Positions 1 through 10,629 of a stretch of DNA of 51,799 bases are shown piece after piece (positions within the stretch are counted from its first letter, which is position 1; the number at the start of each line of letters is the position of its first letter). Origin of the DNA: Candidatus Pacearchaeota archaeon (GTDB lineage Archaea; Nanobdellota; Nanobdellia; Pacearchaeales; GW2011-AR1). The translations under genes were made by a program, and so were the position numbers. The stretch covers positions 1 to 51,799 of the forward strand of contig JAFCFX010000003.1 of the NCBI GenBank assembly GCA_017608405.1, read 5' to 3'. Below the pieces are notes generated by a model. The model did no database searches. It was not told where the DNA came from and saw only the letters and a program-made list of their open reading frames with translations.

Positions 1-201
1 ATCAATCATATAGATAAGAAAGCTAAGAATAAGAAAGGCAAAACATTAAGTGACTTGTTTAGAGAAGCAAAAACTCCAGAAGATTTGAAAATGGATTATG
101 AAGGAACTCCTAATGATATAGCTGAAGTATTAGATAAAAAAGCGCTTATTAGAAACCACCTAAGATATTTAGAATTAAGACATAGAAGGTATGTTGGTTA
201 A
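1..201 (+). CDS. 3' end of a hypothetical protein (truncated by window start)
   Basis: Frame 1 is open from base 1 (INHIDKKAKNKKGK...LRHRRYVG) to TAA at 199-201. Confidence 0.6.
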   Translation: MNHIDKKAKNKKGKTLSDLFREAKTPEDLKMDYEGTPNDIAEVLDKKALIRNHLRYLELRHRRYVG

Positions 202-233
202 TTATTTAATCCCCCAATCTCATTTAAAGTTTT

Positions 234-1334
234 CTATTTTAAATCGTCTAACCAGCCGGCTTTTTTGTTGAGTTTCTTTTTAAAGAATTTTCCTAAATTT
301 CGGGGGTCTTTTGCTTGATGATATTTAAAATAAATATAATTATTCATTATTCCAATGATTTCTATTTTTCCTGTTTTATGAGCAATTATATATTTGAATC
401 TTTTTGAATGCCCATCTAATTTTTTCTTAGCCTCTTCTACAATTTTACACCCTTTATACAGTGGGATCTGGAAATGGTGTTTTACTCTTTTAACAGGTCT
501 ACATTGAAAAACATAATAAGGATTAACACCAATTGAAACAAGTCTTAGCATTAGTTCTGATAAGACATTTGGATTATCATTTACTCTTTTAAGTAAAACA
601 GTCTGATTATTGATGATTAACCCTGCTTTTAAAAGCCTATTTATCGCTTCAACTGATTTTTTAGTAATTTCTCTTGGATGATTAAAATGTGTGACTATGT
701 ATATTCTTTTTGTCTTGCTATTATATTTTTTTAAAACTTTTAATAATTCATTACCTTCTAAGATTCTCGAAGGCATAAAAACAGGAACCCGTGTTCCAAA
801 TCTAATAAATCTAAGGTGTTTTATTTTTGATAATTTTTCTAAAAACTCTTGAATTATTTTTGTGGGCAATACAAAGGGATCACCGCCACTAATAAGAACA
901 TTATCTATTTCTTTATGCTCGTTTATATAATTAACAGCATCATCAAACCTACTCAATACTTCCCTACTAGGTAAGCCAATTAACCTTTTTCTAAAACAGT
1001 GTCTGCAATAAGAAGCGCACCGATTTGTAGATAGTATCAAGGCTGTCTGAGCATATTTATGCTGCAAACCTATTTCTTTTGTGTTTTCAGCTTCTCCACT
1101 TGTATCATATTCTCCAGAAACATTTAATTCATCTACAGAAGGAACAAGCATATTTTTTATAGGATCCTTGGGATCCTTGGGATCAATTAAAGAAAGATAA
1201 TATTTGGTTATTTTCATTGGATGAATCTTAATGACTTCTTGGAATTTCTTTTTTTCCTTATCTGTTAGAGGAAGGTATTCTTCTAGTTGTTCTATAGTAT
1301 GCACATATTTATTGTGTTTTTTGCCCCAATCCAT
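234..1334 (-). CDS. KamA-family radical SAM protein (lysine 2,3-aminomutase-like)
   Basis: CxxxCxxC motif CASYCRHCFRKR, GLQHKY, LISGGDP, THFNHPRE, NQTVLLK, PYYVFQ. Confidence 0.9.
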   Translation of the reverse strand: MDWGKKHNKYVHTIEQLEEYLPLTDKEKKKFQEVIKIHPMKITKYYLSLIDPKDPKDPIKNMLVPSVDELNVSGEYDTSGEAENTKEIGLQHKYAQTALILSTNRCASYCRHCFRKRLIGLPSREVLSRFDDAVNYINEHKEIDNVLISGGDPFVLPTKIIQEFLEKLSKIKHLRFIRFGTRVPVFMPSRILEGNELLKVLKKYNSKTKRIYIVTHFNHPREITKKSVEAINRLLKAGLIINNQTVLLKRVNDNPNVLSELMLRLVSIGVNPYYVFQCRPVKRVKHHFQIPLYKGCKIVEEAKKKLDGHSKRFKYIIAHKTGKIEIIGIMNNYIYFKYHQAKDPRNLGKFFKKKLNKKAGWLDDLK

Positions 1335-1402
1335 ATAAATACAAGTTTTAAATAACTTATAAGGGTTTCTGTTACCCCCTTAAAAAGGTTACAAGTAAAC
1401 AT

Positions 1403-3448
1403 CTAAACCATCCCACTGATGTTGTTATCCTTTCTAAATCTCATAACATTTTCAACAAAGCTTTCTATCTTTTGTTCGTGGCTGACAATTATTAACTGTT
1501 TAACATCGAGTTGATCTAAAACCTCTCTCATTTTATCTAATTGTTGATCTGAAAAACCCTCTGTTGGTTCATCTAAAATAACAATATCTCTTGTTTTTAT
1601 CTTGCTCATTATAGAATTAATAACCTGATTTAAAGCTAGTCTATAAGCTAGGGCAACTGCAGTTCTTTCACCCCCAGAAAGATGAGCATAATCAATTTCA
1701 TAATCTTGGTGTTCTATTATCGGGGTAAAATCATCACTCAATCGAACATTAAAAGAGTCAGATACAAGCATGCAAAACCATTCCATAAATAATCTTGAAA
1801 ACTCTATCTTAAGTTTTGTCATGACATTTTTTTCAACAAAAGACATTAAAGGGGCAAATTTTTTAGAAAGCCAGGTTTCTAATTCTGTAATATAATCATG
1901 TTGAGATTGGATTTCTTGTGTTTGTTTAATTCTTTCTTTTAATTCTTCTATTTGATTTGAAAAGACTTCTATTTCTTTTCTTAATTCAACAACCTTTATC
2001 TCAGCAGTTTTTTCTTGATTTAAGGCTTCTTCAAGTTCTTTATTTTTTAATTCAAAGATATTATCAAATTTTGCTAATGCAAAAACAGAATTTCTTAAAG
2101 TTTCGATGTGGGGTGTTAAAAGTCCTATGTCTTTTTTAAGTAATTCATTAGAACTTTTAATTTCTTTTACTCTTGTTTGTTTTTCTGCAATTCCTTGAAA
2201 TTTCATTTTTAATATTCTCAAATCTTGAAGTTCTCTATCTTTTAAGGAAATTTTTGATTCGTTTTCCATAATCTTAGTTATTAATTTTTTTTTCTCTAAA
2301 GATAAACTTTCTATATTATTTGTATTTTCAGACGTGTTTGAATCCATTTTATTTGCAACATTGCTTTTATAGACTGGATCAACATCTTGCAGACAAGTTG
2401 GACATATTTCCATTTTTGCAAGATTATTTTTAATGTTTTCATTTTCTTGATTTTTCATAGAAAGAGAAGCAATTTTAGAAGTTATATCTAAATTATTTTC
2501 ATTAAGTCTTTGTTTATTTTGTTTTAAAGAAAGTATTTCTTGTTCTAATTGAGTAATATTTGCTTCATCAAATTTTAAGTCTTCTAATTCCTTTATCTGT
2601 CTTTGAAGCTGTTCTATTGTTTTTGTATTAATTAAAACAGATTCATTTTTATTACCAATAATTATTTTTGTTTTTTCAATTTCTTGTTGAAGTTTATTTT
2701 TCTCTTCTATTTTTTGAAAAATTTCTTGTTTTTCTTCTTGGATTTTTTTCCTCGAATCTGTCTTTAAAAAAAGTTCTTTTTCAATAGATACAAGGTTATA
2801 TTGCTTTGTTTCTAGTTCCTCTTCCTTTGTTATTATGCTTGTCTTGTCTTGTTCTAAATGTGAAATTAAAGCTTCTTTAATTCTTTTTTCTTCTCTTAAT
2901 TTTGAGGCTAAAATAGAAACATTTTCTAATATTTTTTTATATTTGTCAATTCCAAAAACATGTCTCAAGGTATTTATCCTAGTCACAGAATCTTGTAAAA
3001 TAATTTGTTTCATTTCTTCTTGAGGAGTATAAACTGTAAATTTGTAAAGAATATTTTGTTTTTTAGAGAATTCTTTTGGATAATTCAAGAGTTCGAGGAC
3101 TTTATTTTTCAATTCTGTAACAGAAAGTTCTTTTTTTTCACCATCGATAGTTATAGAACAATAATCTTGTGAAATTGTTTTGCCTCTCTTTAGGGTTCTT
3201 TCTATAATCACTTGCCTGCCCTCAACTTCAAACTCCATAATAACTCTTGCTTCTGATTCTCCATTTCTTAATAAGGCAGCACCTTTTTGTCCAGGTTGTA
3301 ATCCAAATAATGCAAATTCTATGGCTAAAAGAATAGAAGTTTTTCCAGACCCAATATCTCCTGCTAACAGGGTTGAACCACATGAAAAATCAATTTCTTG
3401 ATCTTTGTAACTTCTAATATTTTTTAGTGTTATTTTCTTAAGCATCAT
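1403..3448 (-). CDS. rad50: Rad50/SbcC-type SMC-family ATPase
   Basis: Walker A GDIGSGKTS, coiled coils with central CPTC zinc hook, signature LSGGE, Walker B ILDEPT, adjacent to Mre11. Confidence 0.92.
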   Translation of the reverse strand: MMLKKITLKNIRSYKDQEIDFSCGSTLLAGDIGSGKTSILLAIEFALFGLQPGQKGAALLRNGESEARVIMEFEVEGRQVIIERTLKRGKTISQDYCSITIDGEKKELSVTELKNKVLELLNYPKEFSKKQNILYKFTVYTPQEEMKQIILQDSVTRINTLRHVFGIDKYKKILENVSILASKLREEKRIKEALISHLEQDKTSIITKEEELETKQYNLVSIEKELFLKTDSRKKIQEEKQEIFQKIEEKNKLQQEIEKTKIIIGNKNESVLINTKTIEQLQRQIKELEDLKFDEANITQLEQEILSLKQNKQRLNENNLDITSKIASLSMKNQENENIKNNLAKMEICPTCLQDVDPVYKSNVANKMDSNTSENTNNIESLSLEKKKLITKIMENESKISLKDRELQDLRILKMKFQGIAEKQTRVKEIKSSNELLKKDIGLLTPHIETLRNSVFALAKFDNIFELKNKELEEALNQEKTAEIKVVELRKEIEVFSNQIEELKERIKQTQEIQSQHDYITELETWLSKKFAPLMSFVEKNVMTKLKIEFSRLFMEWFCMLVSDSFNVRLSDDFTPIIEHQDYEIDYAHLSGGERTAVALAYRLALNQVINSIMSKIKTRDIVILDEPTEGFSDQQLDKMREVLDQLDVKQLIIVSHEQKIESFVENVMRFRKDNNISGMV

Positions 3449-4566
3449 TTGAATTTGAATATTCTTTTAGATTCATCTATAATACGATTTGTAAAACTAT
3501 CTGTTGTTTCTCCTTCTCTTTTTTCTATTGCAAGAGAATTAATTAATTCAGGTATTAATTTATTAAAATCTGAGGGATTTTCTTCTGAATAAATTTTAAT
3601 TGTTTGGTCTTCAATATTTTCATCATCATTAATTTCTACTTCAAGGGCAAGTTCTTTTGTCTTCAAATCTCTAGTATTTCTAAGGGAAAAATAGGCCTTT
3701 TTTTGTTTTGCAAATTCTTCTATTTTTTGGAATTTAATATCTGTATGCTTTGAACTTTCAAGTTCTCCCCTGAGCCTTAAAAGAACTACTTTATCTTCTA
3801 TATTTTGTTTTCCTAATTCTGCAATTATTTGATCTGTAGCCATTAAAGCATTTTTAACTTCAAAATTTAATGATACAACATCTTTAATTTTTAATCTTAC
3901 TCTTTTTAATGAATTCTTAACTTTAGTATCTACAATATAAAAACTCCCATGTTCTAGGTCTTCAAGTTCTTGAAAATTATTTGGAAAAATAGGCCCTGGA
4001 TAAACAAAATTCTTATATTGAAAATCTATATGTAAATGACCTAAAGCATAATAATCTGCTTTTGGAAGTAAACCTATTTCAACTGAATCTATTGGTAAAG
4101 TGCCTTTTGCCTTATCAATTGTTGTATGAAGCATAAAAATTTTAAACATTCCTGGAGCATCATTTAATCTTATTTTTTTTAATTCTGGAACTTCTAATCC
4201 TGATTTTTTACCTGGATATCCATAAATAGCAATTTGACCATCATAAATTACTGGACTCAATAAGATTTCATTTTCTCTTTCTTCTGCATTTAAAACATTT
4301 TTACAAAATCCTGCTTTTTCTAAAACATCTAAAAAAGTTTTACCAGAAACAGAATAATCATGTGAACCTGCAATAATATTTTCTTTTAAGATTTCTATGG
4401 GGGGATAAGCAGAATCAAATAAATCTCCTACAATCAAAACAAAATCAAGATTTTCTGAAATACAAATATCTAATGCCTGCTTAAAAGATTGGAGATTTAA
4501 ATCTTGCATTGGCTGTTGCTTCCATCCTCCTAGATGCACATCTGCTATATGGGCGAACTTCACCAT
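3445..4566 (-). CDS. mre11: Mre11/SbcD nuclease (apparent short in-frame deletion between motifs II and III)
   Basis: HIADVHLG, GDLFD, GSHD, MLH, YYALGHLH, VYPG motifs; overlaps the rad50 start. Confidence 0.9.
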   Translation of the reverse strand: MVKFAHIADVHLGGWKQQPMQDLNLQSFKQALDICISENLDFVLIVGDLFDSAYPPIEILKENIIAGSHDYSVSGKTFLDVLEKAGFCKNVLNAEERENEILLSPVIYDGQIAIYGYPGKKSGLEVPELKKIRLNDAPGMFKIFMLHTTIDKAKGTLPIDSVEIGLLPKADYYALGHLHIDFQYKNFVYPGPIFPNNFQELEDLEHGSFYIVDTKVKNSLKRVRLKIKDVVSLNFEVKNALMATDQIIAELGKQNIEDKVVLLRLRGELESSKHTDIKFQKIEEFAKQKKAYFSLRNTRDLKTKELALEVEINDDENIEDQTIKIYSEENPSDFNKLIPELINSLAIEKREGETTDSFTNRIIDESKRIFKFK

Positions 4567-4629
4567 TTTTCATTAAAAAAGTTTATAACCTTAGAAAATA
4601 TGTGTATATATAAAATTGATTGTGATAAT

Positions 4630-6120
4630 ATGAGACTTAATATTGTTTTTGGAGGACAGGCAGGGCAAGGACCTAATATTTTAACACATCTCTTAGGAGA
4701 ATCCCTAGTAAAACAAGGATATTATGTGTTTTATTCAAGAGATTATCAGTCTTTAATAAGGGGGGGACATAACTTCAATGTTCTTACTTTTTCAGATAAT
4801 TTAGTTAATAGTAATAATAAGGAAATTGATGTTTTAGTTGCACTTGATGAAAATACAAAGAAAATACATGAAAAAGACCTAAAAAAAGACGCAGTAGTGC
4901 TAGAAGGTAAACATGAAAACATGTATTTTGCAGGAAGATTGTTTAAAGTCCTTGGTCTTGATTTTAAAATCCTAGATAATGAATTAAAAGACTTGAAAAA
5001 AAGATATAAAGAAAATATTGCAGAAGCTAAAAAAGGCTATGCAGATGCAAAGGCACATATTAAATTAGTAAAGCCTATTAAGAAAAATTCTAATTTTGCG
5101 AGTGGGACAGAGGGGATTGCAAATGGAGCTATTAAATCTGGTTTAGATATTTATTATGCTTATCCCATGACCCCTGCGACTCCAGTATTAGGAGAACTTG
5201 CTCAAGCACAAGATGCAAATAATTTCTTGGTTTTAGAATTAGAAAATGAAATTTCTGTGATTAATGCTAGTATTGGGAGTGCTATTACAGGTGCAAAAAC
5301 AATGATTGGGACAAGTGGGGGGGGTTTTGATTTAATGACAGAAGCATTGAGTTTAGCTGGGATGGCAAATGTTCCCTTAGTTGTTTATTTAGCGCAAAGG
5401 CCTGGTCCTGCATCAGGAGTTCCAACATATACTGCACAAGGGGACTTAAATATTGCAAGACATGCTGGGCATGGAGAATTTAATAGGTTAGTTCTTGCTC
5501 CAGGAGATCCAAAAGAATGTGAAGAATTAACAAGCCAAGCATTTTATTTTTCACAAAAACATAAAATTCCAGTAATTGTAATAAGTGACAAGCATTTAGC
5601 AGAAAGTTTTTACACAATGACTGAAAAACCTGTTATCACTAAATCACAAAAAACAACAAAGCTCATGAGATATAATAGTTATGAGCAGGATAAGACAGGT
5701 GCTGCAACAGACAATCCTGGAATAATAAAAGCTAATTTTGATGTCCGCATAAAACAATCTTTAGAAATTGAAAAACAAGCAAGTAAATTTGAACAATACA
5801 AAATTTATGGTAAAAAAAATTCAAAAAACATTATTGTGGGCTGGGGATCAACAAAGGGAGCAATTCTTGATTCGATGCAAGATCTTGATTGCAAATTCAT
5901 ACAAATAAAATATATTGAGCCTTTTCCAAAACAAGTTGTAAAAGAACTTCGAGGAAAAAATATAATTTTAGTAGAAAATAATGCAACAGGGCAATTGGGA
6001 AGTTTAATTGCAGAAAAAACAGGCATTTTTATCGACGGTAAAAATAAAGTATTAAGATATGATGCACGTCCTTTTTTATGTAATGAATTAAATGCTGAAA
6101 TTAAAAAGAGGTTGAAATGA
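4630..6120 (+). CDS. 2-oxoacid:ferredoxin oxidoreductase alpha subunit (gamma-alpha fusion)
   Basis: GGQAGQG, YQSLIRGGHN, YPMTPAT, TSGGGFDLM, QRPGPASG motifs; start moved to ATG 4630 because the longer ORF overlaps mre11. Confidence 0.92.
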   Translation: MRLNIVFGGQAGQGPNILTHLLGESLVKQGYYVFYSRDYQSLIRGGHNFNVLTFSDNLVNSNNKEIDVLVALDENTKKIHEKDLKKDAVVLEGKHENMYFAGRLFKVLGLDFKILDNELKDLKKRYKENIAEAKKGYADAKAHIKLVKPIKKNSNFASGTEGIANGAIKSGLDIYYAYPMTPATPVLGELAQAQDANNFLVLELENEISVINASIGSAITGAKTMIGTSGGGFDLMTEALSLAGMANVPLVVYLAQRPGPASGVPTYTAQGDLNIARHAGHGEFNRLVLAPGDPKECEELTSQAFYFSQKHKIPVIVISDKHLAESFYTMTEKPVITKSQKTTKLMRYNSYEQDKTGAATDNPGIIKANFDVRIKQSLEIEKQASKFEQYKIYGKKNSKNIIVGWGSTKGAILDSMQDLDCKFIQIKYIEPFPKQVVKELRGKNIILVENNATGQLGSLIAEKTGIFIDGKNKVLRYDARPFLCNELNAEIKKRLK

Positions 6121-6398
6121 ATATAGAAGAAGCTATTAAAAATATTGAAAAGGATTTTCCAGAAAAAAAAGTAGCTCAAATGCTAGATGATGAAATCCCA
6201 AAATGGGTGGATGATGGCTGGGAAGAAGACTTTGATAATGAATCTGAAGCATATGAAGAATGTGGGAGAGGAGAAGCAGAGGATGTAGTTATTGATTATA
6301 TAATTAATACTTGGATAAAAAAATACAATCAAAATAAAAAATTAGATTTAAATAATCATTTAAAACTATATGAAAGAATAGGGGAAAATATGATTTAA
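6117..6398 (+). CDS. Hypothetical acidic protein inserted between oxidoreductase alpha and beta genes
   Basis: 93-aa ORF with ATGA overlap upstream and 1-nt gap downstream. Confidence 0.7.
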   Translation: MNIEEAIKNIEKDFPEKKVAQMLDDEIPKWVDDGWEEDFDNESEAYEECGRGEAEDVVIDYIINTWIKKYNQNKKLDLNNHLKLYERIGENMI

Positions 6399-6399
6399 A

Positions 6400-7209
6400 A
6401 TGACAACAAATTTAAACACAAGTGTTAAGCCGACATGGTGTCCTGGATGCTGGAACTTTCAAATACTTACAGGGGTAAAAAATGCGCTTACACAACATAA
6501 AAAACAAACAGCAATTGTGACAGGAATAGGGTGTCATGCTAAAATTTATGATTATATTAATTTGCCTGGATTAAATACTCTTCATGGAAGAGTCTTACCA
6601 ACTTGTTTAGGTTTAAAAGTTGGCAATCCAAATTTGACTGTCTTGGGATTTTCAGGAGATGGAGATGCTTATGCAGAAGGAGCAGAACATTTAATTCATG
6701 CTGCAAGATATAATTCTAATTTCAAATATCTTGTTCATGATAATCAGGTTTTTGCTTTAACAGTTGGACAACCAACACCAGTAACAGAAATAGGTTTTAA
6801 AGATAAAACAACTCCGGGGGGGGTAAAACTTCAACCATTTAATCCGATAAAAATAATGCTTGCTGCTGGAGCAAGTTTTGTGGCCAGGGTTTTTGCTGAT
6901 GTAAAGCAAATTGAATATGTATTAAAAGAAGCATTAAACCACAGAGGCTTTTGTTTTATAGAAATATTGCAACCTTGTTTAATTTTCCATCCTGATACTG
7001 GGCATAAGGAAAGAACACATATGCTCGGAAAAGAACATGATAAAACAAGTTTTGAACAGGCTTGGAAAAAGGCAGGGGAATTTGATTATAATAGAGTTAA
7101 AAAAATTCCTTTAGGAATTTTTTATCAAGTTAATAAACCTATTTTTGAAGACCAATTTCCCCAGTTAAAGAAACTAGGAAAATCAGGTTGGAAAGATATT
7201 AAGCGTTAG
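6400..7209 (+). CDS. 2-oxoacid:ferredoxin oxidoreductase beta subunit (TPP-binding)
   Basis: WCPGC, TGIGC, LHGR, GDGD...DN TPP motif, IEILQPC. Confidence 0.93.
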   Translation: MTTNLNTSVKPTWCPGCWNFQILTGVKNALTQHKKQTAIVTGIGCHAKIYDYINLPGLNTLHGRVLPTCLGLKVGNPNLTVLGFSGDGDAYAEGAEHLIHAARYNSNFKYLVHDNQVFALTVGQPTPVTEIGFKDKTTPGGVKLQPFNPIKIMLAAGASFVARVFADVKQIEYVLKEALNHRGFCFIEILQPCLIFHPDTGHKERTHMLGKEHDKTSFEQAWKKAGEFDYNRVKKIPLGIFYQVNKPIFEDQFPQLKKLGKSGWKDIKR

Positions 7210-8015
7210 TTAATAGTTAAAGCAGATCTTACTGTAACTGGAATTCCTTTAACCTCATAATCAACCCATAATTCTACAGGAACTGCCATCTCTGTGTTGG
7301 GAATTTTATCAAAAAAAACTCTTAATTTCTTTGTTTTTGGATCTCTTTTATTAATATCTGCCATAATTTCAAAATCATGACCTCTCTCTCCAAAATTTCT
7401 TCTAGATAATCCTACTGAATGGATTGTTGGTTTTTTGTCTTTTCCATAGAAAATAAGGCTTGTTTTTTTTGTATTTTGTTTTATAATTCTATTTGCAAGA
7501 TCAAACATTGTTTTCTTTTCGCAATTATATCCTTCATCATATTTAGTTTCTTTTTCTCCATCTCTGGTAACCTCTTTTTTCTCAAAATAGTTTTTAACTC
7601 CATATCTTCTTTTTTCAAATTTAAGAACCTCTTCGATTGTAACGGTCTTTGCAGACAATATATCAATTTCAGAATAGTTTAAAGTTATTTCAAGACTGGT
7701 TGAAAAATCATTTCTTTTTAATCTAAATCCTCCCCCCAATACAATCCCAAGTGGGCCAACATTATCCGGAATAATATAATTTAAATCATATTTATCTGGA
7801 AATCCTCTTTCTAATAATTTTGGTAATTCTTTTTCTGGATCAGGAGTCGAATATCGCTTCCAATCAAAAACCTCTAGTGCTTGTGCATTTTTAGGGAGAA
7901 ATAAAGAGGGGAGTATTAATGCAGGAGCAAGATAGGAAAGAGTTTTTAATTTAGAGGTAAAATATAAAAGACTTTGTAATGTTTTTCTCTTATTGTGGTC
8001 TATCTCTTCTCCCAT
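7206..8015 (-). CDS. Secreted hypothetical protein
   Basis: Basic N-region (NKRKTL), hydrophobic stretch, AQA cleavage site; beta-rich C-terminus. Confidence 0.6.
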   Translation of the reverse strand: MGEEIDHNKRKTLQSLLYFTSKLKTLSYLAPALILPSLFLPKNAQALEVFDWKRYSTPDPEKELPKLLERGFPDKYDLNYIIPDNVGPLGIVLGGGFRLKRNDFSTSLEITLNYSEIDILSAKTVTIEEVLKFEKRRYGVKNYFEKKEVTRDGEKETKYDEGYNCEKKTMFDLANRIIKQNTKKTSLIFYGKDKKPTIHSVGLSRRNFGERGHDFEIMADINKRDPKTKKLRVFFDKIPNTEMAVPVELWVDYEVKGIPVTVRSALTIN

Positions 8016-8518
8016 AGTTTGTAAATGTAAAGTTCTTCAAAGAATAATTTTTTCCTTGAGATTATTTTCTTATTATAACCTTCCCACTTAATGTGTTTTG
8101 TTAGGCTACTTACTAATAAAAAAACCCTTGCATTCTTATTTAAATATTTGTGTGCTTTTTTTAGAAATCTGTTTATTATTTCTGATCCTTTTTTGCCCCC
8201 GCTTGTATCTCTTTTCTTATCAAATTCATGGTCTGGTAAATAGGGAGGATTAAATATTATTAGATCATATTTGCCTTTTAGTTTAGAAAATAAATCAGAC
8301 TCAATACACTTAAAACCTAACTGTTTACAATGCTCAATTGCGTCGGGGCTTATATCTACCCCAAAAATATTTTTAATTCCTAACTCTTTTAATGCTTTTA
8401 ATTGAACTCCACTCCCACATCCAATTTCCAATGCCCTAATATCCTTATTTTTAATTTCTCTTTTCAATGTTTGTGCTAAAAGATAGGAATCTTCTGCTGG
8501 TTGATAGATTTCAGACAT
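8000..8518 (-). CDS. HemK2/PrmC-type SAM-dependent N5-glutamine methyltransferase
   Basis: IYQPAEDSYLL, LEIGCGSG, FNPPY, LFFEELY. Confidence 0.88.
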   Translation of the reverse strand: MSEIYQPAEDSYLLAQTLKREIKNKDIRALEIGCGSGVQLKALKELGIKNIFGVDISPDAIEHCKQLGFKCIESDLFSKLKGKYDLIIFNPPYLPDHEFDKKRDTSGGKKGSEIINRFLKKAHKYLNKNARVFLLVSSLTKHIKWEGYNKKIISRKKLFFEELYIYKLWEKR

Positions 8519-8519
8519 T

Positions 8520-8957
8520 TTAACCAAATAAATTATTAAAGAATTCTACTAACTCTGTTTTAAAGAAAAAAACTCCTGCTAAACCTGCTAACAAAATTAC
8601 TAATACGACTATTAAAATAATAAAAGAAGTGTTTGATTTCTTACCTTGTTCTTGTTCATAATTTGAAACAACTTGCTTTACTTCTTTTTTGAGGTTTGGA
8701 TCTGGTTTGGTTGTTTTTGAGAAGATTGTTTTTGGAGCTGTTGTTTTTGCTTGTGTTGGCTTGGTAGAACGCACAACTCGTGCTTGTGCTCCTGGGCTTG
8801 TTTGTTGACCAAGTCTTTCAATTTGTATTGCCCTTGCAGCTCCTTCTATCTCCTCTTTTTTATATCCTGCATTATAAAAGCTCATCATAGCATGTTTAAG
8901 AGAATAACCCTTTGCTAATGCAGTTTTTAATCCATTAAAAATCTCTTGATTCACCAT
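8520..8957 (-). CDS. Hypothetical protein with C-terminal membrane anchor
   Basis: Helical N-terminus, low-complexity linker, C-terminal transmembrane helix. Confidence 0.7.
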   Translation of the reverse strand: MVNQEIFNGLKTALAKGYSLKHAMMSFYNAGYKKEEIEGAARAIQIERLGQQTSPGAQARVVRSTKPTQAKTTAPKTIFSKTTKPDPNLKKEVKQVVSNYEQEQGKKSNTSFIILIVVLVILLAGLAGVFFFKTELVEFFNNLFG

Positions 8958-8989
8958 GTTATATTTAAGATTTTACTATTTAAAAATGT

Positions 8990-10372
8990 TTAAAATTTCA
9001 AAAATTTTCCATTTGTTGTGAGGTGAGAAGTTTCTCCAAATTCATATCCAAATTCTTTTGCAAGCTCTATTAGGGGGGTTTCTTGTTGGAGTTTTCCGTG
9101 GGCAGGAATAATATGTTCGGGTTTTAACATTTCCATTATATCTCTTAAATCTTCTCTGCTTCCATGTCCATGTACATGAACATCTGTTTGAAGTTTAACC
9201 CCCATTTTTCTTAATCTATTATCTAATTTTTCCCTCCCCAAAATATTTACGGGTGTTGGGATAACGCTTGAAGAAAAAATTAAATGATCTCCTTGTTTAA
9301 AATTAAAGGGTGTGTCTCCTTTTGTTATCCTATCTAAGATTGAGTTTTCTTCTGCTTGATGGCCTGTACAAACAACAATGTATTTTTCTCTGTTTCTGTC
9401 TAATTTTTTTAAAAAAGAATTTATTTGTTTTCTATACTTAAACAAAGTTATATTTTTCTTAAATGGACACTTTCCTACTTCACTCGCAGCATTGACATAT
9501 TTATTGAGGCTTCTTCCTAAAAAAACTATTTGTCTTCTTGTTTTTTTAGCAAACTCAACTATATTATTTAATCTTTCAATATGTGAAGAAAAAGTTGTGA
9601 CAAAAAATGCTGCTTTTCTATTTCTCACTTTTGCAAATGCATCTTCCAACATATGTTTTGCAATTGTTTCGCTTCCTGGTTTTTTTTCTGTTCCTGCATA
9701 AAGTGCATCTACAACCAAGACCTTTACCCCCTTTCTACCTAATTCTTTGAATTTTTTATAATTTGGAGGTCTTGCTCCAGGAAGAGTTGGATAATTATCA
9801 AACTTTAAATCTAAAGCATAGAAAAATATTCCTTCTTTTGTGTGCAATGCAATAAAAGTGCATTGAAGTGTTGAATGTGTTGTGTGAATAAATTCAACTT
9901 TGTAATTTCCACTTTTTCCTTTAATAGTATAACTTGAATCTTCTTTGACTATATTTATTTTGTTTCTAATTCTTATTTTTTCGTCTTCTAAAACTGCTGT
10001 CAAGACCTTCATTGTAAATGGTGTCCCATATATTGCTGCTTTTGGATATCTATTTGCAACATAAGGTACTCCTCCGACGTGATCAAGATGGGCATGGCTT
10101 ATGAAAATTGCACGAACCTTATCTTTCCATGCTTTTTTATCTAAAACAATATCATTTGGGATTGCTCCCACTTTTCTTAATTTATCTTCTGTGTATTGTG
10201 GGCCTCCTGCTTTTTTTAATCTATGAGTATAATCTAAAACACGTTCTTCTTGAAGTTCTACTATTCCGGGTATATATAGGCCTGCATCAAAAAGAAATAC
10301 ATCTTCTCCTACTTTCACAGCAGTCATATTTTTGCCTACTTCTTCATATCCTCCGACAGTGCATATTTCCAT
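8990..10372 (-). CDS. rnj: RNase J-family beta-CASP metallo-beta-lactamase ribonuclease
   Basis: GGYEEVGKNMT, HAHLDH, TTFSSH, HVHGH, IPAHG. Confidence 0.9.
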   Translation of the reverse strand: MEICTVGGYEEVGKNMTAVKVGEDVFLFDAGLYIPGIVELQEERVLDYTHRLKKAGGPQYTEDKLRKVGAIPNDIVLDKKAWKDKVRAIFISHAHLDHVGGVPYVANRYPKAAIYGTPFTMKVLTAVLEDEKIRIRNKINIVKEDSSYTIKGKSGNYKVEFIHTTHSTLQCTFIALHTKEGIFFYALDLKFDNYPTLPGARPPNYKKFKELGRKGVKVLVVDALYAGTEKKPGSETIAKHMLEDAFAKVRNRKAAFFVTTFSSHIERLNNIVEFAKKTRRQIVFLGRSLNKYVNAASEVGKCPFKKNITLFKYRKQINSFLKKLDRNREKYIVVCTGHQAEENSILDRITKGDTPFNFKQGDHLIFSSSVIPTPVNILGREKLDNRLRKMGVKLQTDVHVHGHGSREDLRDIMEMLKPEHIIPAHGKLQQETPLIELAKEFGYEFGETSHLTTNGKFLKF

Positions 10373-10629
10373 TTTTGTTTGTTCTTTCCTCTTTTATAAA
10401 ATCCTTAAGTAGGTCATGTTTAAAAAGTTAGTTATTAGAAAAATTCAAAATAATTATTTATTCTTATATTTTTTCTTATATTTTTTCTTTATAGATTGCA
10501 TTGTCTTATTCCAGAAATAAGGTTACCTCGATAAAAAAGATTTATTAAACCTCAACCTCAACAATCCTAACCTCTCTTTTTAACTTATTCAAAATTACAG
10601 GCTCTTTCTCCTGATAAAAAATACTGCTC

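Noticed and set aside
1162..1184. GGATCCTTG tandem repeat
   Set aside because: Simple in-frame DPKDPKDP coding repeat in the KamA-family gene
10458..10492. TTCTTATATTTT tandem repeat
   Set aside because: Low-complexity 12-bp slippage in AT-rich intergenic DNA
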